A stretch of DNA of 59,414 nt, filler included, from Squatina squatina (lineage: Eukaryota): NCBI GenBank assembly GCA_031763465.1. It is 3 parts of 3 records of this genome, joined end to end, with 100 filler letters (N's around TTAATTAATTAA, not from the genome) between each part and the next. Parts side by side here need not be neighbours in the genome. Positions count along the whole stretch, not along the records: positions 42,190 to 59,414 come from JARFOE010000115.1; 2 more parts are not named here. The stretch is one strand, 5' to 3'. The position numbers were made by a program, and so were the translations under genes. Below the pieces are notes generated by a model. It ran no database searches. It was not told the DNA's origin and saw only the letters and a program-made list of their open reading frames with translations. Shown here one piece after another: positions 51,328 through 59,414 of the stretch (its first letter is position 1; each line of letters begins with the position of its first letter).

Positions 51328-54048
51328 NNNNNNNNNNNNNNNNNNNNNNNNNNNNNNNNNNNNNNNNNNNNNNNNNNNNNNNNNNNNNNNNNNNNNNNNN
51401 NNNNNNNNNNNNNNNNNNNNNNNNNNNACTCAAAGATGCAGAAGCTTCTCAATATAAACTAATTTTGATTAAAAAATGAATCTGTTTATGTGTGCCACAC
51501 TCTACAGCCTTGCATTGTTCATGGGTTTGCAATCTGTCTCACTGTTTGTGCTCATAAAATCTCACTCTTGGTAAGAGCTGAGCTCTGATGTCTCTCATTA
51601 TGGTGCAGAAACGTTACTGATACAACACTATCAGCAGTTAAGACCCATTAGATTTCAACACATGCCGATAGTTGTTCTCAAAAGAGTAGAATTTAATATT
51701 TCACAAATATACAAAGATCATTTAAATGATCTTATTTGGAAATGAAAGCTGGGAATGTGAGCTTGGTACACCAATCATTTCCAGGACTCTGGCTGTATTT
51801 TAGCCAAAATCCTCACACATAAAAGAGAGATTTGGTCGTGCTGTTGCCAGCAGGATTTTAAACAGGCTGTGCCATCTGGGAGGGGAGTTTATGAGTAAAC
51901 ACAGTTTTTGGAACAGCCAGGAACACAAGTGCCTGGGGAAAGGTTTGNNNNNNNNNNNNNNNNNNNNNNNNNNNNNNNNNNNNNNNNNNNNNNNNNNNNN
52001 NNNNNNNNNNNNNNNNNNNNNNNNNNNNNNNNNNNNNNNNNNNNNNNATGATTATAATAAGCAGGCAGCACAAAGTTAGCATGCTTCCTGTATTGCACTC
52101 AACAGGCGTGGGTTAATTGCACATCTCGATCCCCATTTTTGGGTACTATTGAATTTAACCCCCCACCTTTGTCATGATTCGATTATGTGGGACCTTATCA
52201 AAGGCATTCTGAAGTAAGTCTGAAGAAATTTTATAGAACTGTTCAACTCAGTCGTGTGGATCGACTTTATGTAGCAAAAAACCTGGTTGAGTTGATGTGT
52301 TGCAAAAACCACACAATAGTTTTGGATCATTTCACACTACTTTTATTGCTTTCCCAATTATATTATTATTGCCATTGTCATGCTCCAAAATCCACAATGA
52401 TCACTATGCAGCTATTTAGAATTCAAAGCGATCAATAAAACTACTGCAAGAAGTAAAAATCTTCTGAATGAAAATCACCTGCATTGAATAATTACAGGAA
52501 TGTAATAAGCTATTTTTTCACATTTCAGTGTGGAACTGCTGATAAAAGGCACATCACCTTAACCAATTCATTATATAGCATTAAAATTACTTCAACACAA
52601 CTGTAACCATTTTATTGATGCATAAAAATATTATTCAGTACAATTGAAGCAAGTTATAACTCTTTCAAACTCTTAGAAGAGAGTTTGCCCATGTAGCAAA
52701 AAGGATACTATCACATACCTTTAACTTCGCAGGTGCTTACACTACATAATTTTGACAACCAAGTCAAGTAACAGCAGTGTGAAAGGAAACAGCAACAACA
52801 TTCTCTGCACTCCCATAAAGAAGAATGCAATTTGAACAATTATACCGTCCTTGATTAGTTTCCATGCATTTTGCTGTAATTGGTGTTGTAGGTTGACATA
52901 TTATACACTGAATATTCTTGCCAGTCGTCCTCTCTTTTGTTTGAGCCACATTTGCATTTTTGTGCTTTTGGTAATGAAGATTTAGCACTTTTATCCATTA
53001 GAAACCACAATAATCTCCTGCAACTCGGCACTTGTTTAAGGATCCTGACCCTTGAAATGCCACTTTGCTTCACACATTAGCTGCTTACAAAGAAAGAGCT
53101 AATGTATCATATAATTGGACAAACTACTGCATCTGATTTCTCTCAATCAGGCTATTAGCTTTGTAATTACACAGCTGCCTCCCATGGAAAATGGCAGGCG
53201 AACACCCAGCTAATAACATTCTCAAGGGTTCTCCAACACAAGATGAGTGTGATGTTGGGGGAAAATATAGTTTTAACTCTTTTGTTGCCAAATTACTATA
53301 AGACCACAATAGGAAATGGAAGTTCTGGTAATCCACAGACTGTTCCATAGCTGTGGCCAATTTGATGTTTCACAAAGTGCAGCTGAAATTAATTACAATC
53401 TAATATATAATGACTAACATCTGGTTTATCACTGGACAGAACTGCAGTTATTAAATAAGTTATATGTCAAATAATCCTTCAATGTGAGCATCATCAGAAT
53501 CCTACTGCATGGAGTTCACATCTGCCATGTTGCTCAACAGTTGCAAAGAGGAACTAGAAGCATAATGAGACTGTCTGACTTGTATTTTTTTTAATCTAAA
53601 AGAAACGATTCCCTTCATTCTACTTTTAACGCATGCTGAACGATCCAGTAAGCTTACAATCTATTAACACGCAATCACAGGAAATATAGCATTATTTCTC
53701 TGTGTTAAAGTCTGAAAAATCATGTTAAGTTTCTCAGCAGAGCTATTGACCAAATTGAGTTCAGTCACACATTTATAGTTTTTCATCCAAAAGGGTAAAA
53801 ATAACAGGAACAACATGTCAGAAATGAAATTTCAATTCATTCAATCCTTTATACACTTCTCCGAGGAGGTAATCGATAAGAGTTTAGACAGACAAGTAGA
53901 TTTTTAGCATTAGATCAATAGCAAAATACTCCCCAACTCCTAAATGTANNNNNNNNNNNNNNNNNNNNNNNNNNNNNNNNNNNNNNNNNNNNNNNNNNNN
54001 NNNNNNNNNNNNNNNNNNNNNNNNNNNNNNNNNNNNNNNNNNNNNNNN

Positions 54049-54329
54049 TCCCCGCTGAAAAAAGCACGCGTTGTCACTGCTCGATTTAGTGCACACTGAC
54101 ACTGTGCAATTCTGGACGGGCGCCCATATTGGGCGGCGCGTGCAATGATGACATCACAGCGCTGCGTTTAGACTAACGCCAGCGCCTCGAGCGTTATGGG
54201 CTCTGTGCCCGTTTTACACCCGCGCAAACGGGACCCAAATTTTGCGCCCGCGTTTTAGCGCCAAAAGTGGCGTAACGCCAGTTTTGCGCCACTTTCACAC
54301 TAGAAGTTTTACCATGAATTGGCCGCCCC
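54049..54329. mobile_element. CpG-rich right terminus of a putative DNA transposon (similar terminus ending about 55238)
   Basis: Ends GAATTGGCCGCCC, and 55228-55238 reads AATTGGCGCCC. Both abut gaps on the left. Confidence 0.5.
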
Positions 54330-56422
54330 ATGTCCGTTACCTCCTCAAAGATTTCTATGAGGACTATGAAACATGATTTTCCTTTTTGAAATCCATGCTG
54401 GCTACTTCTAACTAATCAGATTTTCACGTAAAACCTTTTGTAGGGAGGCTTTGGGTTCCAAGTCAAGCTAAAATCTGTTCATTGTAATGAATGCAAAAAC
54501 ATTTCCATTTTTGATTCTCCATTTTGTGTTTGAATCGGTGCACTGAGTTTACCCTTAAGGATAACATCACACAAGTTCCATCATTGTGGGAAAAGCTTAG
54601 GTTACTCTAACCCGTTACTAAAATCAACCTGTCACTTTCTACCCCCCACCCCGTGAGATTACACTAGGCCTTTAAAAGTCACTGATTCAGGTTCATAAAT
54701 TGTAGGCACTTCACTTTATAATAGTCATCTCCCATTCAACTCTTCTACTTGAGCTTTAGGTATGAGATATACAGGTCATGCTCAACACCATCTGCAACTA
54801 TTTGCACATGAAACCATAAAATAGAGGACATTTTACATTGTGCTTATTTACAAAACATCATAATTAATCCAATTAAGCAAAGTTNNNNNNNNNNNNNNNN
54901 NNNNNNNNNNNNNNNNNNNNNNNNNNNNNNNNNNNNNNNNNNNNNNNNNNNNNNNNNNNNNNNNNNNNNNNNNNNNNNNNNNNNNNNNNNNNNNNNNNNN
55001 NNNNNNNNNNNNNNNNNNNNNGGAAGCAGTTAGGCCTATTGAGCAATTCGACTGGTGAAATAAACTAAGATACTCAACGCTAAGTGGGGGCCCTTTAGCA
55101 CTGAAATTAGCATGTTTTTTAAAGCTGTCTGAGAGACTTTTTCTAAGTGGCCTTAAAGAAAAATTTCAAAGACCTGAACTTTGCGCTCCCCAATTTGTCC
55201 CTTAGCACCAGAAAATCAGGGCAATCGAATTGGCGCCCTTTATCTTTTGAAAGAAAGGGAGGGAGGGGAATAAATTGATGGTTAAGTCAGCCATTATTTT
55301 ACATTCACAATTATGATAGTTTTATACATGTAAATTGCTTTCACAGTCAAATTAATATTGCGCAACATAAATTTTTACTGCTTCCTTTAATTGCACTGTG
55401 TGTTATACACAGAACTGGAACTGCCTCTCACATTGTTGCAGGAATTTGTGTTTCACAATATGGCAGTCAAATCTTCATTCAAACCACTGCTTGTTTTTAA
55501 TTCTTTGATTTATGGTGAGGCTATTCAGCAACGTATTCAGATAATACTTTTCATTCCTGCCATTTGGTTTTCTCAACATATAGAAAATAAACCTTTACCA
55601 TTTGAGGGGAGCTGCAGCATGTGCAACGTAACTTTCAGAGCCATGTAATTTGATAGGCATGTGGGATCCATCACTACCAACTGGGAACCACTTGTGTCTC
55701 ATTTGTCATTTTTAAAATATTGACCTTTAACCCTAAATGCAGTATGGGATAATATGTAGCTCTGGGCTGTGCTGTAAGACAGCAATATATTAAAAAGTTG
55801 AGGTCAGAAAGTATAGAACAAGAAGTACCCATTCACCTCAGCAAACCTGTTCCTCTGCCACCATCCAAAATCTGCCTGGCCTACCAAGATTCTCTGTCAA
55901 TTATTTAATTCTTTTGATGGAAAATCCTGCAAATAATTCTGCCAGAAGTTTAAAATATTGTCGAGTGAAATCCTTACATTTCCATCGTTCAGTCATGTTG
56001 TGTTTCACAGAACAGATTTTCATTGTCCCAAAAACTATCATTTAAAACCATCAGGAAAGGTCGTGAATCATGCCCTGTCTCCATCTTCATTTCTTCAATG
56101 TAAACAAATTCAGTTATGCAGCAATCTTATATCTTCCGTTTCATTAAACTTAGTGAAGACAGGAATTTAGCCCCCACATTCTGTAAAAAGCTTCACATGT
56201 GAAATTTTAGCAAATGCTTTCTGAAAATCCAGTTAAATATTTCTTATTTGACAACATCATTCAGTATTTTAATTATCTCCTCAAAGAATTCTATGAATTG
56301 TGACCTATAGTTATTAAAGCAGTGCTGATCATCTTTTATGTCATCTATGTTCTTTAGATGAACATAAATAGCATCCTGTATAACATACTTTAACATTTTC
56401 TAAGTACATTATTAGACATCTT

Positions 56423-57142
56423 GGGGGGAAAATTCAGCCGAGGTTTCGCCCAGTTAGCGCCTCCGAAGGACGCTAATGGGGCGAAAATGGACAAAATGGC
56501 GTCAGGTGGCGGCCATCTCGCCTCCTGGGGAATTCCCCTGGACGCAAAGGCCTTTATGCCTGGCCTGGCGATTTTCTGCGGTGGGTCGGCGTGCGACATT
56601 ATTAAAATGCACGCCGACCCTTACTGTGCCCCCACATCCCCCTTTGCGGTCCGTTTACATCCCGCGGGCGGAATCCACCTGTGGGACGTGGCCACAGCAC
56701 CGGTCGATTGAAGCGACAGCAAAACTGGTCACTGCAATGGGCCTCTTAAAGAGGAGGGCCTGAGCGTTGGCGGCTGCCATCTTTATTTGTCAGCCGACTC
56801 TGCTGTTTGCTGAATGGCCCATGGCCGGATCATGCCACTATCCCCTCGCCTGGCCTGTGGCCCGGTCGCCGGCCCAGTGGCAGGCTGCGGGGGGTGCCAT
56901 CATGCTGACTACGCGCATGATGTCAGTGCGCTGCATCTGACGTCAGTATGCAGCGATGCAGGCGCGGCACATTGACGTCGCTAGAGTGGCTCTGATGCCA
57001 CACCAGCGACGTCCCCGGCTGGCCACCCCAGTTCCACCTGGGAATGAGGCCGAGGAAATTCCGCGGAGGGCAGGTGGGGTGTGGTTCGGGATCCGGTATG
57101 CCCTTACCGCCCCGGAAGTGCCCGGGTGGAATTGCCCGCCCC
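56423..57142. mobile_element. CpG-rich MITE-like element of about 720 bp with imperfect TIRs
   Basis: Sharp GC boundaries. Left end GGGGGGAAAATTC, right end GGAATTGCCCGCCCC. No recognisable protein. Confidence 0.55.
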
Positions 57143-59414
57143 TTCTGTATGCACACATTTCCTAACTAACTTGCTGTTGTCATGATTTTTTGCCACACTG
57201 TTATGTCAATTCATAGTGGATTTCCAACAGGACATTGCTCTCTTAACTCAGTTTCCCACCTGTCTGCCTGCAACAGAATGAGGCCGGTGATTTTAATCAC
57301 CACACCTCATTAATACGCTGTCAGCTGACTTCCTGCCAGGAACGGTCAACATGTTTTGCTCCATTAAAGGTGTTACATGAATGCAAGTTGCTGTTGTTGT
57401 GGTTGAAGTGAGCAGGAAGTGTTTGCCGGCATATGAAAAATTGGACGGCCCTTGAGGTGCCGGGATGAGGGTTCCGAGAGGTTCTCCTGGGGGATCCAGG
57501 GGGGAGGGGGCGTGGTGGTGAGGGTGTGTNNNNNNNNNNNNNNNNNNNNNNNNNNNNNNNNNNNNNNNNNNNNNNNNNNNNNNNNNNNNNNNNNNNNNNN
57601 NNNNNNNNNNNNNNNNNNNNNNNNNNNNNTCCAGGCATAAATATTTTTTGTATCAGGTCAGAACACATTTGAGAAACAATAAGTTGAATTTATTTATTTT
57701 GAAAAGCAACATGCAAGGATAGAATTTTACTAAAAATAAATGTGTCTCACAATGTTTGTAGATTGCTTTAAACTATATTTCAATTATATTTCTATTGTCT
57801 TGCTGGTATTTAAGCATGTTTATTATTCAAATCAGAACAAAACATGCTACTGTTGTGTAAACAATTGTCAATTGTTGAAACAATGATTACAAGGCACCAT
57901 CTCTTTTAGGTGTACTTAGAGGCACTTATACTCTACCCACTTGTATTTGAATATGATAGGAATACAATACCTAGGAGAGTATTGTCACTCTGCTTCCAGC
58001 ATCTCATGCCAGCCCCTTTTCATTAAAAGAAAAATCTATTAATTTTCCTATTTATTCCCATTTGTACTGTTTTAACCAATGTGTCATTGCTCCTTTTATA
58101 CTCAAATATCACGGTGCTCCCTCTTGCAAATGAAATAGACACATCCAGACATCCTCTTAAAAACAGACTTGATATGCTTGTATTATTCACACAAATCAGC
58201 TATACATAAATGCAAAATATTCAGGCCTATTAATAAAATCAAAATGATATGTCAAACAAAAGACTCCATTTAATGGTCCGGGTGAGGTAGGAATGAAAGA
58301 TTTGTCTAATTCTTCAGTCTGCAGTAGCTCATTGCTGTCCATGACAGCAGCAAGTGATCAGTTGGAAGCTGCAGCAGGTTCCTATTTTACTGGCAAAGCA
58401 ACATCATCTAACGCAAAGCCCAAACTGCATACAATCTGCAAGCAAAATATCTTGCAGAATCCTATTCAAAAATCTATCAGCTCCTGGAGGATCCTGAGCA
58501 CGTGTGGGGAATTAAATTGGATATAGAGCAAGGACTGGCTAACTATAGTTTTAATAATAAAATCTGTGAGATGACAGGAACACTTAGAACGCAACACTAC
58601 ACAATTTAGAAGATGCCTTACTTTTATTCACTGTCTTTGAAACAATTTTCTGCCTCTGAACAAAGCTTGAAGAAATAAGTAACATATAAAAGAGATTGAT
58701 AGACATGTCCAGAATGTATTAGTGTTGTTCGACGATTAACGCATTTTCTCAAGGAAACCCAACCTNNNNNNNNNNNNNNNNNNNNNNNNNNNNNNNNNNN
58801 NNNNNNNNNNNNNNNNNNNNNNNNNNNNNNNNNNNNNNNNNNNNNNNNNNNNNNNNNNNNNNNNNGGCCCTCTGCTGATCTCTACTAAATGACTGCAGTC
58901 ATTGTCTGCCCTCACTTTGAAGTGGATTAAAATAACAGCACTGCTGCAAATGTAGCACAGTTCATAGAATCCTGACAACCCCATGGCATTAAATGCCCAA
59001 GGGAACAGCGGGGCTGAAATTCATCATCAGTGGGCCTGTATTACGGGCATAAAATGAGCCCCGTGCCTAATCTGCATGGGCGTTTGGCCCACTGCTAAAT
59101 TGTCTTTAAGTTTGGGTTGGAGTACATGCCTACTTTTCTGGGTTGGTGACCCGGAATTTCCTTCGTTGGAATTGCAGCAGAAAACCCGTTTATAGTTCTT
59201 CCGCTGCACTTGTTCGTGTTATACATAAATGTAACTTAAAACACCCAAGGTGTACTGGTCAACTGTCCCTTGTCAGCTAATTTAACCAAATAAAAAGCTT
59301 AGCTGAACATTGATCTTATTGCTGTTTATGGGGTTTTGCTTGAGCAGAACTGGTTTCTGCACTTGCCCATAGAACAATCAGTGCACTCCAAAAGTAATCC
59401 ATTGTGCAAAGTGC

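Noticed and set aside
52740-53085. Minus-strand segment bounded by acceptor- and donor-like sites, with two ORFs of about 70 aa
   Set aside because: No frame is open across the segment and the peptides are unrecognisable.
56390-57165. CpG island with several short ORFs as a promoter or gene
   Set aside because: Sharp edges with TIR-like ends fit a transposon-derived insert better.

Overview
Fragmented (N-gapped) vertebrate genomic scaffold. The repeat content (CR1/L2/RTE LINEs, L2-tailed SINEs, GC-rich Harbinger-like termini) points to a cartilaginous fish (shark); this is inference. Bases 141-16317 (+) hold the 3' half of TMEM131, with 11 visible GT-AG coding exons and several more probably hidden in gaps. 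Inside one TMEM131 intron, on the same strand and the same ungapped contig as a TMEM131 exon, lie two PSMD14/RPN11 exons (6393-6464, 6901-7020). They keep their intervening intron and splice sites and carry one nonsense codon. This intron-containing gene fragment is the most unexpected feature of the window. Tail-to-tail with TMEM131 is the last exon of a nucleoside hydrolase with the group III xCDx motif (18263-18610, -). The rest (19-59 kb) is mostly repeat-rich, with an open Myb/SANT-like exon of Harbinger type (35811-36035), MITE-like elements and a few unassigned candidate exons. All homology calls come from my recollection of known sequences, not from database searches.
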